Shown: positions 36,013 through 49,859, numbered from the stretch's first letter. The stretch: 64,000 bases of DNA from Octopus bimaculoides (GCF_001194135.2 NC_068986.1:20268192-20332191), one strand, 5' to 3'. Notes: a model not told the origin generated them from the sequence alone. Translations and numbers: made by a program.

Positions 36013-37094
36013 TATAATAGTATCTTATATGCGATAAATGTGTATCAATATTGAAAATGTGTGGGACTGTTACATAGTTACAATTTTTCTTTATCAATTC
36101 ATATCACTTGTAGGTTTTGAACAAATGACTTCTAAAATAAAAGGAGGTGTGTGTATGTATGTATATCTATCTATCTATCTCTATATATATGCCAGCATAA
36201 AAGGCGGACGTTAAACAATGTGTGTGCGTGCATGCATGTGTGTGTGTGTGAAGTAAAATTTTTTACAATAAATGAGGTTGAGATCAGAAGAGGAAAAGAA
36301 AAAAAAAAAAGCAACAGAACAACATGGAATCTGTATCAAAACTGGATTGACAAGTATTGTAGGTTGGTGACACGTAAGTCAAGGAAAAAAACTTTAAATG
36401 GGTTGGTTGCTAACAACTTAGGATGACAAAGCAAAATTTCAAGTAAGATGGCAGGTGAAAATGAGGCCAGTGATACTATATAACAGCCATGAAGAAAATA
36501 TTTTAGTTTTAAAAAAATGTTTTGGGAGAGAGAGACGTAGTGTCTATGAATTTATAACTCTAATCACAAACCATGTTTTCTGAATTTGTTTCACTCAGAT
36601 TTGCTAGCAAGCAGTTTCATTCATATGGTGCAGGCTGAGTGGTTGAAATAGAAAGGGCCCTGTTCTACCTTGCCTTAATGATATGTAAATCTTCAAATTT
36701 GAATTTAAAAAAAACAAAAGACATTACTGTGTTTCATGGCATATAAGACATACATTTTTTTTTTCAATACAATTATCTCAAAATATTGTCCTGGATCCTG
36801 GGGACAAAATTCAGTCTTTATTACATGTTAATGCACAAAGACTTCTTAACTGAATATTCTCTGAGAAACCAGTATTTCATCAGATTCTGAATTCAAACCT
36901 TACTGAGAATGACTTGGCCATCCATTCTTCCAGGCTTGATAAAATAAGTACCAGTGTAGTATTGAGGTCAATTTGACTCAACCTTACCCTAACCTTGTAG
37001 TTTTAGAAGTCCTAATTCTTATTATTATATTGGGTATAAAATGTTTATAAGCAACCTGTATATGAATTCAATTTTTATGATGTACAAGAACTGC

Positions 37095-37450
37095 GAACAT
37101 GGTTGTGTGGTCAAGAAGTTTGCTTCCTAATCATGTGGTTTTGGGTTCAGTCCCACTGCTTGACACTTTTGACAGATGTCTTGTCCTATAACACTGGGCC
37201 ATGCAAAGCCTTGTGAATAGATTTGGTATACAGAAGCTGAAAGAAGTCTATCATTTATATGTGTGTCTGAGTGTCCCCTTGTCTTGATATCGCATCATAG
37301 TTGTAAATGAATAGCATTGTCACACTGGTGGTATCATTCATCTCTAATCATCCATGAAAACATGTCTGGCTATAGGGAAATACTTACCTTTCTGGGAAAT
37401 AGGTGAGGGTTGGCAATAGGGAGATCATATGAACCTACATCATGGCGAGG
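37095..37450 (+). mobile_element. SINE family A long variant
   Basis: Head GGTTGTGTGGTCAAGAAG...GGTTCAGTCCCACTG with the long body. Confidence 0.7.
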
Positions 37451-38330
37451 ATCTCAAATGAGGGCAGCAATATTGAACTCCCAGCTTTACCAAAAGTCAA
37501 TCACAAAAAATGGCCATTCAGAATGTGCTCCAGCATGGCCATAGCTTTTGAGCCAATGCCTCAATGGATTTTGTCTGACTCCTGCAAGCAGGGAAAAGTA
37601 AGCGTCAAAATGATGGTGATAATGGCGGTTAATTTCAAACTATATTTTTATACACTAATGCTGTATAACCTTATTTTTAATAATTGTGATTTTTACTTTG
37701 ACACAAGGTCAAAACTGTTGGTGAGAGAGTTGAATGTTGTATTCAACTGGATTTATGTCAATACATAGCAGGTAATCATTTTATTGAAATTAGAATATAA
37801 AAAAAAAAGCATAACTGAATGCTGCAAGTCCACCTCCTTGCTATTTCTCAAATGCTAACAATTAGTTTAAGGAGTGAGTGGCTTCTCTGGTTCTTTGAAC
37901 ACCAACAATTCTCTACTATCAAAGACAGCAAAAAAAAGAAACATTGTTAAAAACATGTAATTCAAAACAGAAACCATAAAATGTTCAATAGAAGAAGCCC
38001 CCCCAAAAAAGTTGTAAAAGAAATAACTTAAGGTATTATATTAAACATTTTAGTTTGATGTAAATAAATAAATAAATTTTGCTGAAAAAGGAATAAAATT
38101 CTAAAAGTAGATAGTTGTATGACAAGTTTTGAAGTGGTGGGATATAAAATCAGCTCTGAAACTTAACAAATTGTGACGCAGGATTTCTTGTTTTTGCCGA
38201 TTCTCAAGCAATAAAAAGAAATAAATCGGATAATCTTAATAACTGGGAAATCTTATAGATCTGTTTTAGGGACAGTTGTCTCCTCATTCTTTAGGACTTA
38301 GAGAACAGTTAATCTGTGTGTGTATATATA

Positions 38331-38729
38331 GGTGTAGGAGTGGCTGTGTGGTAAGTAGCTTGCTTACGAACCACATGGTTCCGGATTCAGTCTCACTGCG
38401 TGGCACCTTGGGCAAGTATCTTCCACTATAGCCTCGGGCTGACCAAAGCCTTGTGAGTGGATTTAGTAGACGGAAACTGAAAGAACCCCGTTGTATGTAT
38501 GTATATTGTTGTACATATATACATTATNNNNNNNNNNNNNNNNNNNNNNNNNNNNNNNNNNNNNNNNNNNNNNNNNNNNNNNNNNNNNNCCGTAACATAG
38601 CAGTTCGGCAAAAAAGACCTATAGAATAAGTACTAGGCTTACAAAAAATAAGTCCTGGTGTCGATTTGCTCGACTAAAAAAGGCAATGCTCCAGCATGGA
38701 CACCGTCAAATGACTGAAACAAGTAAAAG

Positions 38730-38732
<3 letters not shown>
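38331..38732 (+). mobile_element. SINE family A short variant, young, spanning an assembly gap
   Basis: Head at 38331-38490. After the gap: TAGAATAAGTACTAGGCTTAC...CCTGGTGTCGATTTGCTCGACT...AAGTAAAAGAG. Confidence 0.8.
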
Positions 38733-38797
<65 letters not shown>

Positions 38798-39599
38798 GCA
38801 GCAACAGTTTATCAAGATATTACATAAATAGTTATCCTAATTTGCATATAACACATTTGTCAGTCATGTTTATTAAATAGTATGAATCTATATAGAACAC
38901 AGCATATACCAGAAGCTTGAATCTATATAGTGCGCAGCAAAAGAAATCTCTCAGATTCACCATTCTTGGTCTTGTAAAATATGGGAGGTTTTTCTGCCAC
39001 ATTTATATGTATGTATATTGTTGTACATATATACATTATCATACATGTATATGTACAATAGTATATTGAAGTATTTCATGTGAAAATCCTTTTCTATTAA
39101 TTTATTTCGTCATAAATTATCTCTCTTATAACCACAGAGAACATGTCTGTGCATATATTGCTTATGTTTTGTTTGACAATGAGTTAATGTTTTGACATAC
39201 ACATTAAGTATATGGGAAATAAATAAATTTTTAAAAAATCTTTGTAGCAAAAGAGTTCTCTTCACAGACATGTGATTCTAGATTCAAATTTGTTGTATGG
39301 CACATTGAGTCAACTACTGTTTTAGAATTTGAGAAATGAGACAAACCACTAGTTTCCTCAGATTCTCCATTTTACTCTAAATTGAATGGTTCCTTCCTTG
39401 AGATTTCGATATGATTTATTTTCTCTAAGTAAAAGATTTCATGACTGTCCATCTTGTCAAAACCAAATTTGATCAAAAACATTGATCAAGATTGTGTTAT
39501 TGAGTCTCTTCAAAAATTCTTTTCCTTCAATTATAATCATAATTTTCAAATATATCTATATCTTTCATTTATCTATTTATTTATTTTTTCTCCATACAG

Positions 39600-39834
39600 A
39601 CGTTTACTGCCTGGTGTAATTCTCATCTAAGAAAAGCAGGAACGCAAATAGAAGATATTGAAGAAGATTTTCGGAATGGATTAAAGCTTATGTTGCTTTT
39701 GGAAGTTATATCTGGTGAACAACTACCCAAGCCAGACAGAGGCAAGATGAGATTCCACAAAATAGCCAACGTCAATAAAGCCTTGGACTTCATTGCCAGC
39801 AAGGGTGTCAGGCTGGTTTCCATTGGTGCCGAAG
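39600..39834 (+). CDS. ACTN: Alpha-actinin internal coding exon (CH1 of the actin-binding domain), start phase 0, end phase 1
   Basis: Acceptor ttttttctccatacAG|ACG and donor GAAG|GTaggt. Translates without stops as [78 protein letters not shown](E), near-identical to alpha-actinin CH1. Length 235 nt = 78 codons + 1. Confidence 0.97.
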
Positions 39835-41021
39835 GTAGGTGAGTTTACCTTGAACTTTGTAAAGATGAAAGCACCTACGTAGATTTCAAGAGCTATTAAA
39901 ACAAAAAGCCAGCCTCAAAAAGCTTGAGACAAGTGTAATATTACTGCAGGATATTAACTAAACATCTAGGATCATTCCTGTATTAATATATTTATTTATT
40001 TATTTCATTTGACACACCTAAATTGAAATTATAAGCTGCCTTGTTAGGTCAAATGAGACAGCACATAAATATTTTTTTTTTATATCCACTAAAGAAATGA
40101 ATTCCTTGAACCATGTATAAATTTCTAAGCCTAATTTTTCATGTATAGTAAATTACAGAAGCTTTCTATATCTATATAGAAACTCCACCCATTTCTTTAT
40201 ATTCCTCCCTTGCAATGCCTTACTGCATTAAAATGGTTTCTTATTACCTTTTCATTAATGTTAAGTAGACTTGAAGACTGAGATGGTGATCTTGCTTTTA
40301 TCAAGGACATTAGATATGTAAGTGAAATGGCATTGCTTTAAACAACAATTAAAAAACAGGTCACATGGACTTGGCCTACTGGACTGAAACTTTTTAGTAA
40401 TGTATTAAGACATAGTAATAACTTGGTCTCTGTTCTTTGTTAGAGTTAAGATTATGTGTTCCAGTCATTCAAGGGGGTCTCGCTTTATCTATTTCTTTAT
40501 CTGGTAGCTTTCTTTCCCTTTTTCCTATACTGTCATAGGAAGAATCATCATCCCTGTAATGATTATTCTCCATTATGTACTACAGCCAATGTAGGGTGAA
40601 ATCTTATGAAATATTATTTATGCAACAGAAGATACATGTCAATACATAGAAAGTAGTAAAAGTACTCCCAGTGCCTCTGTCAATGTAGATTATCCCCCTA
40701 TTTTCACTGCTTTACTATCTCTACTAGAGATTTCAAAATGTCAGTAGAGGGAGACTCTAGCTGCAAAATATTTCATTGGCTATATAAGTATGTATGTATG
40801 CACGTATGTATGTATAACTGACTGGTAAACTTCATAACAAGATTTTATTTTAAGATAGTGTCACAACCAAAGAAGGCTCTACATGTGATTGCAGATATAT
40901 TTATTTGATCACTATCTATTTTTGGAACATGAGTAGCTGAGGAATTTCAGAGAAACCATTTACAAATCTCATAATCTCAATTTTGCATTCACTTCTATCT
41001 TGTGTTTTATGCATTTGTGAA

Positions 41022-41275
41022 TGTGCATGGCTTAGTGGCTACGGTGTTGCACTCAAAATCAAAGTTTCATAGTTTCGATTCCTAGACTGGGCAATGTGTT
41101 GTTTTTGAGCAAAACACTTCATTTCATGATGTTGCCTCAGTCCATTCAGCTGTAAATATGTACCAGCAATATATGGGAAGTTGAACCTGCTGCAGAGTGG
41201 CATCCCATTTGGGGTGGAGCAGTGTGACCTCAGTCATTTGATGGCCATGCAAACCAGGTTATGCTTCAGTTTTAT
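41022..41275 (+). mobile_element. Distinct old tRNA-derived SINE with a V-domain-like motif
   Basis: TGGCTTAGTGG and GTTTCGATTCC boxes, TTGAGCAAAACACTTCA, and CCTGCTGCAGAGTGGCATCCCATT. A related CTGCGATGGACTGGTGTCCCATCCAG lies at ~25625-25650. Confidence 0.55.
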
Positions 41276-43199
41276 GAATCTTTGGGTTCCTGACAAAACC
41301 TAAGTCTATATATTTGTATGTATTCAACATATGTAAGCAGAAATCAATTTCATTCCATCAAATTTTATTAATTGAGCCAATTATTTTTCTCCTAATCTAC
41401 TGCCTTATATGGAACTAAAGAGAGTGATAGTTATTAGTCTCTACAACCAACAGTATAAGGGATGTGTCTGTCTTAATGTTTATATCATGTTAGTCACATA
41501 ATGCAGAGCTCCAGTCAGCAAGGGAGCTTCTGTACAGTTTACCTACTCTATACCTACCAGCAAATCTCTGCTGTCTTTAAAATAGAGACTATTTTAAGTC
41601 TGAGAACTCCATGTACAACTCAGACACTGATTAGGTGATGAAGTCCTTCACAAGCCAACATGGTGGATATTCTATGTGTGGATGTCCGGCATGCCAGACT
41701 TGCAAACTGCATCACTATGATTGTCATCATCATCTTTATATCCTCTATTCCATGCTTCCATGGATCAGATGGAATTTGTTGAAGATTGTCCATGGCTGGA
41801 TGCTATCTTTCTGGATACCAATTCTACTGATGAAATTGTTAAGAAAACAATTGGCAAATCATAAGTTTTTTGGTGGTGGGGGGTCCCCCTTTCTTGTTGA
41901 GCAGGGGGTATTAATCTCTTTCTTAAAATTTATCATGATATCAATTTTGTTTTGTATATTTTTATTGCCAATAACTAAAACAGACATTCCTAACCCCCAC
42001 TTTTTATTATCAGCCCCTCATTATAGTATGAACGGTATTCCAAGATTAATTGAATTAACTCCTACATATTTTATCAATATATAAAATTAGATATTTTACT
42101 AAACCTTTTTAAATTCTTGAAAATGAAAATTAAAACATTGGCACTTTACTCATTAGAAGTACAGTCAGAGAAAGGGTTAACTTGGCAAGGACAATAGAAG
42201 GTTTTGGTACCTTATAGGTTTGTTGTTTAAATCTTGGATGGAATTTGCATTTTATCCTTTGTATATCAACAAAATAAATTCCTATGACAGACTAGCCAAT
42301 TCAATCAACTGTGTTTCTTCTTCCCCCTCCAAAACTTGGCATGTGTGTTTGTCTTTAAAAGAAATTTACTAATTCTAAGTATATTTCATCCGCAAAGATG
42401 AAAGACAATTCCACTGTATACAGCACTACAATTAATGTATAAAATTACTTTATGTAATATTCTATATTTTTATGTTTACATTTGACACAAAACCCTGGTT
42501 TGCATGAAGGGATTATGATCAATTGGATTAATTCCATTACATTCAGTGTCTTGGTGGGGTAAGGTAGGGAATGAAATATAAAGTCAACTCCAACAGGATT
42601 TGAAGGTGGAATGTAGTAGAAATAGAATTAAATGTATAGGGCATCTGCTGCTCCACTGCTTATTATTATTGTTGTTGTTGTTATCTAAATCTATGCCAAA
42701 GCCAAATATGTGATGCTGTCATGTGACTAATTGAAGAGAAAGGGAGTGTTAGTGGTGAGAGCTAAGAGAAAGGGATTGTTGTTATGCTATGTGATTAAAT
42801 AGTTTTAGGAAGAGGTAGAGAAAAAAAAAGAGAAATAGAATGTGCTTAGCACAGGCATGTGTGGTGTGGTATGGCTGAAAGGAGAAACAGAGAGAGAGAG
42901 AGAATGAGTGAGTGTGCTTACTGAAGGGAACACAGGAGTGGAAAATGCTATAACATTCAACATGCATAGCTTTTTTGCAAAAACTGTGGCAGAATAATCT
43001 CATAGATGTCTTCAACATTGTACCATGATTAAGATTCGTTACTTCTTGTCATAAAGTGAAAAATACTACTTAACAGCTCACAATTATAGCTTCCAGAGAT
43101 GTTTTTTAAGATTTCACCTTCAGTAATAGTAATGTAGACTTCTACACCGGCTCATTAATTAAATGCTTCAGAAAACTATACAATTTTATTTTACATTTT

Positions 43200-44130
43200 T
43201 TTAAAATATCCAAGGAATTTCCGCAGGTACTGCTAGATGGTGTGATCAGATTTGAGCATCTGCCTTTTTCTTTCTTTTTTTCATAACTTATGGAAGGGAC
43301 ATGTTTTACTGGTCAGGTGAACCATCTGTATGAATGGCTCTGATGATGCACAGATATGTGCTAAGGCTGTGGCATCTATAAAGATTTTTGGACTGTGAAC
43401 AGTTGCAGTTACTTTGTCTCTATGACAGAGCTGCAGTCCTTGGTTAAATAAAGACCAAGATTGATGTATGGTATTTGGAATGTTACCAGGTATTCACAGA
43501 TCTCTGCTAATTGGGCAGAGCAGTTGGGAAGAACTGCCATGTTAGAATTCTAAAGAGAAGTAGTAATGAGCAAGAGCAATAACAGTATTCTTGTGGTAAC
43601 TCTGGCAACCAACAAGGCCCAAGTTGCTGATCTGTTCTACAAGGCTTTTGGCCTGGGAACTCTGGATAATTTTCAGAAATCCTTGGTCTAGCAGTTGATA
43701 TTGGCCTACTAGTTGACATTGTCAGGTAACTTTTGCAAGCATAAAATTGCATTCATCTGTGCCTGTCTGAGATGTGCACAAAACAATGAAACCATTCTGC
43801 AGACATTCATTTAGCACCAAAAACATTGCTGACTTGTACAGTTTTGTTAAACAGTAGTTGTTGCATGTAGGATGGATCTGGGTATTGAGCAAGTCCATTG
43901 TGATGATTGCCTTGCCACCTTCCTATTCTAGAAAGAGCAGGCTATTTTCCTCAGTCTGGTGGTGGGTGCAATGGAAAGGATTTATGACAGATGCTTTCCT
44001 CTTTGGCTATAGACTTTTTCAAGTTTTATTTAGATAGGAAGAAGAGGTTAGAGAGAGATTGTGGGGGCGGTAAATCCATGCACTCACACACTCAGACACA
44101 CCTTCCAGGTGAAAGGTGATGAAAAGTTGT
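43200..44130 (+). mobile_element. Decayed L1/Tx1-like LINE ORF2 3' fragment (C-terminal zinc-finger region)
   Basis: FGLGTLDNFQKSLV*Q (from 43647), CLRCAQNNETILQTFI* (43764-43808, matching the CxxC...ET..H pattern of L1-clade zf-RVT), then IADLYSFVKQ*...SIVMIALPPS and EQAIFLSLVV. Stops and frameshifts throughout. Confidence 0.55.
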
Positions 44131-45329
44131 AAACTTGACTCAAGCAAATGGGCCCACTCTTTGCATACACTTGTTGACGGGAGATTAGCAAGAGAGATGG
44201 CATTTAGCCTTGGTAGTCAGAGTAATCTAAGAAACTCTGAGGTTCTTCTGTAGTCCTTATTTGAAGCTCCTATTTTCAGAACATTTTAAAATGTAAACAT
44301 CTTCCACGCTGCAACTGTTTAAAATATTTTGTGTACCATGTATATTTTCATTTATTTTTTTTTTTTTACATTTCTCATTCGACTTCTGTTAACACCTTGT
44401 CCCCCACCCCACAAAACTTTTGAAACCTGTTCATGTATTATCCTATCATCCATTGCTCTTGTGGCAAATAAATTGCTATTGTTGAAGGCTTTTTGTCATC
44501 TGCTCTACCACATTTACTAACACCCCCTCCACCCACTCACTTAAGTAAAATTGCTCTGCCTTTCATGTCTATCTCGTTTTCCTTTTTGTCTTATTAAAAT
44601 CATCCAAAAGTAATGTATATTTTTTTGTTTAATTGCCCTTACTTAGCACACATGTAATTCAGATGTTTACCAATAACTTTCACTCTCCTTCTGTATTTTT
44701 CATAAACTTTTGCTGTGTGCAGAAGGGTAGGAATATATAAACGCAACTATAAATTCTGTCTTGATCCATTGTGCCAATAACAGAATTGCTGGGCAATGCA
44801 GACTTTGTTAATAGTAGGCTCCAAGATATCTGTAATCTTACCAAGAATGGCTTACTTCTACAGCTATCTAATCAGTTTCTTTTCTTAGACTCTTAACTTG
44901 CTATATGATATCTTATTCTCTTTCTTTCTCACTCCTCTCTCTTTCTCTCTTCCTCAGTTATTTTTTTTTTTTATGATGCTTACCATTTAACTATTCTGTT
45001 TCTTTTATCTTCTACTGGTGGTGGTGGAATGGTGTGTAATAATAGCAGTACAAGAAGTACAGTTTAGTATTAAATAAGAAATTCTGATAGCGATGGTTGA
45101 ATCTGCTATTATTACCTCAATATCCATTTTTTTTTTTTTTTACCTTTGGTAGTGAGGGTTTGCCAAGTTTGCAATCCTGTAGCATCTCATCTGTATGGCC
45201 TATATTTCCCAACAGATAGCAGTTTTTCCAACCAACCAGCCCAAAGTCAACCAATTCATGCTATTATCCCATGATAGTGGATATGGTTTGCCTTAAACAG
45301 CATTATGTTCATCAGTGCTATTTTCCAAA

Positions 45330-45365
<36 letters not shown>

Positions 45366-45624
45366 CACACAGAGGAATACACTGATTACTGAATGTTGGT
45401 GCTTCTTGATTTCACTTGGTTGGTACTTTGCCATCAAAGTTCAAATACTGAGATATTTGGTACATATACTTATTAGTAGCAGTCCCACCCCCACCAAAAA
45501 AGAAAAACATGCTAAGAAAAAATTATAACTACAAGAGAAACTAATGAAATACTTTCTGATTTGACAAGTTTAGAAAATGTTGTGGAATCTATAATGTTAG
45601 GTTGTAGAAGGCACATACCTTTTA

Positions 45625-46000
45625 CTGGTTTCAGCTATTTGACTGTGGCCAGGCTGGGGCATCGTCTTGAAGAATTTTTAGCCAAATGAATCAACCCCAG
45701 TACGTATTTTTTTAAAGGCTGGTACATATTTTATCAGGCTCTTTTGCTGAACTGCTAAGTTGGTGTGAGACAAACACAGTCACAAAGATGCGTGCGCGCG
45801 CACACACACACACACACACACATAGATGTAAATATATACAATGGGATTCTTTCAGTTTTTGTCTACCAAATCCACTCTCAAGGCTTTGGTCAGCCCAAGG
45901 CTACAGTATAAGACATTTACCCAAGGTGTCACACAGTGGGATTGAACATGGAGTCATGTGGTTGGAAAGCTAACTTCTCACCACACAACTGCACCTGCAG
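45625..46000 (-). mobile_element. SINE family A short variant, full length, antisense
   Basis: Reverse complement of the head, the (CA)n centre and the 3' module. Confidence 0.75.
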
Positions 46001-47389
46001 ATAATAGCATAGTAACAACCAGATATATTACTGAATTTTAAAAAGTTATCGCAAATGATGGCTACAAATTGTATATGCTAACAAAACTGGATTGTTTTGG
46101 AAACAAATGGACTAATTAGCTACCTGCATTCCAAAGATATAAAGGGATGTAGCAGAAACTGTTCAACTTTCTCTACACTTGTAATTGTACAGAACTTATG
46201 ATGGCGGTGTCAGAGATTTAGCTTGTCTTACATGAAGGCCTTTTGAATTTAAAACAGGACATGTGTAAGGAAGATTGTTAAAATAAAACCGATGAAGGAA
46301 AAGAACTCTGGCACCACGTCTTTACCATCGTTATCTTCTCAGTTACTCCACCACAGGGTAGCCATGCATCTCATCTATAGCAGTAAACCTGCATTTGTCC
46401 CTCGTTTATACTTTCACCTCCCACACTGGTTTCTCTTTTTTTCTTTTTCCTGCTCTTTTCCTGTCTTGCAAATTACTTGGTGGCTTCTAGTGTCAGTGGT
46501 ACAAGAAAAGCACTCCGTTCACTCTCTGAAGAGGTTAGCATTAAGAAGGACATCCACTCATAGAAACCATACCAAAGATGGTGTTGGAGCTCAATGCTGT
46601 CCTACAACTCATTGGAGCCTGTCAAACTACCCAACCATGCCAGCTGGGGAAAACAGGCATTAAATAATGATGACGCTATTTTCAGAATCTTTGTTGATGG
46701 GAAGAACCATAAAACTGAGAGAAATAATTGTACAGCCTCTTTCTCCTGTATTTGATGCAAGCAAGAAGAATACTGTATATTAGAAGCTAATAAATGTTGT
46801 GTGTATGTGTGTGTGTGCGCATGCATACGTGTGCAGATTTGGCATTATTTCTATACTTAGACATCTTACCAGAGATCTGAAGTTTCATTTCAAGAGCTTC
46901 TACATTGCTACATGACTTGCCTGATTAATTTGATGCAATCTCCCTTGACAAACACTTGACCATTTTAGTACTAAATCTAAGAATAATGTGCTCAGTAATA
47001 AAGATAAGATGGCCATAGCTAGAAGCAAGCAACCACAGTTTTATTCACTTGATCATTCCATGCTATTAGTTTGGTCAGACAAGCAACCAAGTCACTATTT
47101 TTCTAACTTAAGCACAAGGTGAAAGTGCATAGTTGAGTAAATCAACTACAGTACTTAGCATGTTTGAAGGCATAAAAGACACCTGGGTACTTGGGATACA
47201 CCCCAATTTCAGATTACATAATCAGGAAAAAAAAAGTTTTTAGTACACTAAAGCATGTGATATAGGGTGTTTTAATGTTGGTGAGACCAGATACAGTAAC
47301 TAATACATATATATTTCATCGACTCCAGAAGAACAAAAGCATGTAACTAAACACAGCTAGCGATTTGATCTGATACTCTTGTAATTCTT

Positions 47390-47660
47390 CGCTTCACCAC
47401 CTTTGAGCTATCTAATAAAAGACATGAGAAATTTGATGGTTATATTTAGAGGATTATCTGCCATATCTTCACTTAAAGGCTGGAAGCCAATGTCAGTATC
47501 CAAGTGTAGTTTTTTTAACAAGTCGGCAGTAAGAGAAGTGAGGTTCTATACTATTTTAGCTATAAGCAGCTTGGTAACTGACATAATTTGTTTTCGCTTG
47601 TCTTTTACACTTCTTTCTTCCCCAAAATTATCCTCAACTGTTTTTTCTGAATTATTTTAA
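47390..47660 (-). mobile_element. Possible hAT (hATm-like) transposase C-terminal remnant
   Basis: Nearly open - strand frame ...LLKKLHLDTDIGFQPLSEDMADNPLNITIKFLMSFIR*LK, then VV after a 1-nt shift. Loosely resembles the LDTxFL..P...W..NP...LKVVND pattern. Confidence 0.3.
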
Positions 47661-48264
47661 GAGTTTTAACTTAGACTGGAATCTGATCACGATTCCAGAC
47701 TGGGAATGTTTTTTTTCTACTGCTTGTGAAAAGAATTTGAAGTTGCTTTATAGAAAGATTAAATTTTGAAAGCAATTTCCATAGTGAATAGTTTACTCTA
47801 AATTACCAGAGATTACCGCAACTAATAACTTAGTTTGATTAATCCTTATGAGCACTTTCACTTGCAACAACCATCAGGGAGATTCCTCTTATAAAAAAGC
47901 TTCATCTAATACATTATATGGCAGATAAATACAAAACATAATATCACCTGTACTTAAGGAAGGGATTTAGCAATATCTGGTTTAATTTCTTATGTGATAT
48001 GAAATACCATCATCGTATTACCAAAATCCTGACTTACCCACAGTCTTTCGTATGTTAGTTTGATCATATGAGACGTTTTGGCATAAGTTTTGGTGCTGCC
48101 TATTTGGCATCAATGAATTAATGCCAGATTATTTGATATCATTTTAATGTTCCTTTCATTTTCTCTCTCTTTTTCTCCCTGCTGTTCATTTATGTAAAGA
48201 TATTTCTCTTAATGTGTATGAGGAGAGGGAAAATGTTTGTCATTCATGTTCAATTAATGAATTG

Positions 48265-48266
<2 letters not shown>

Positions 48267-48340
<74 letters not shown>
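48267..48340 (+). repeat. Perfect (CT)n microsatellite
   Basis: Uninterrupted CT repeats. Many other (TA)n, (CA)n and (ATT)n tracts occur throughout the window. Confidence 0.95.
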
Positions 48341-48345
<5 letters not shown>

Positions 48346-49515
48346 CTGTATACATGTGTTTGTTTGCCTTCAGTGCTAAAAGGTACTGTCACCAAAACAG
48401 GCAGAATGCCCAGTCAACCATGTTAGATCCTCAGCAGCCAGGCAGTTGTACCCAATCATTTCTCAGTAACAGTTATTGTAAGGTGTAACTCAACTCACTA
48501 GTGTGGATTTTGTAAAATCATCTTGTAACTTTATACATCAGTTGCATTGGACAAACAGATTTTTGTTATTTATTGTAGAAATCCGATACTGGAATTGTGT
48601 TCTTCTATAAACCAGAGTGAGCCAGATCCCACTACATCTCTCTATCATTGATGGGATTATGTAACAGACTAAATAACTTGAAGATGGATCTCACCCCATA
48701 TCATCATTTCAATTAGTTTTACTAACAATGAAAGTGTAACCAAGTCAGCTTGGATATTTCAGTTCTTGCTGTTTTTCTCTCTGGATAATCTGAAAGATTT
48801 ACTTTCTCTCCACCCCCATCTCTCTTGAACACTTTTAGCAATATGAAGATAAAATTAACCCCCACCCCCCACACTTTTTGCTCACTCTCTTCATGTCTAG
48901 CCAACTTTATTGATTTTATCAGTACAAGAATTCAGTAAATAACTTACAGTTGTAATTTTGTCGTGTTAATTAGTCTATATCAACATGAAGGTTTGAAATA
49001 AAGGTAGAATCTCTCACCACAGCTTCACTAATTTGTCTGGTTATAACTATCACATCTGATTATGTTCACTTGAAAGCAGTGGCGGCTTGTGTATAGGCAC
49101 AATATTATCGATAACATTCAATATAATGAATCCTTTTTTTCGTTAATTCTTTCTTTATACTTGTACATTATATAATCCTTAAGCTTAATGTCAGTAGCCA
49201 TCCCCTAGTTTATGAAAAAAATACAAAAATCCTTGTATAGAACTGTGCACTTCACATTTCCAACGACGCAGTGTTTGGCTGTTGTGTGAATGCTCACATG
49301 TCCAAGATAGGAAGCTGCATGCTAGGGAGAGAGAGCGCTGTGGTTCACACAGTGCTGACCTTGGTGTGCTGGTGAAAGGTAGTTTTCCTTTTTGACCCTA
49401 TGTGGGTTGTCTTAAAAACGTGTTTATAATCTTGAATGTGATAAAATGTAGAATTAGATTATTATCCAGCTCCCAGCTACAGTGTTGCTGCCAGAATTTG
49501 AAAAATATTTACACA

Positions 49516-49684
49516 GGCGCAGGTGTGGCTGTGTGGTAAGTAGCTTGCTTACCAACCACATGGTTCCGGGTTCAGTCTCACTGCATGGCACCTTGGGCAA
49601 ATGTCTTCTACTATAGCCTCAGGCTGACCAAAGTCTTGTGAGTGGATTTGGTAGAGGGAAACTGAAAGAAGCCCACCATATGTA

Positions 49685-49734
<50 letters not shown>

Positions 49735-49830
49735 TGTGTGTGTATATGGTTGTCTGTGTTTGTCCCCCACCATCTCTTGACAACCTATGTTGATGTGTTT
49801 ACATCCCTGTAACTTAGTGATTCAGCAAAA
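49516..49830 (+). mobile_element. SINE family A, young head
   Basis: GGCGCAGGTGTGGCTGTGTGGTAAGTAGCTTGCTTACCAACCACATGGTTCCGGGTTCAG... Confidence 0.85.
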
Positions 49831-49859
49831 GAGAACAATCCTCATAATCATCATCATCA

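Noticed and set aside
1-39599. Search for the upstream alpha-actinin coding exon (..LLDPAWEKQQ(K/R)K|gt)
   Set aside because: No matching codons with a donor site were found. TGGGAAAA near 24400 reads AWENTS and lacks a donor.
41634-41740. GTGATGA box-C-like motifs (also at ~12432) suggesting intronic C/D snoRNAs
   Set aside because: No box D (CTGA) at a suitable distance together with a terminal stem.
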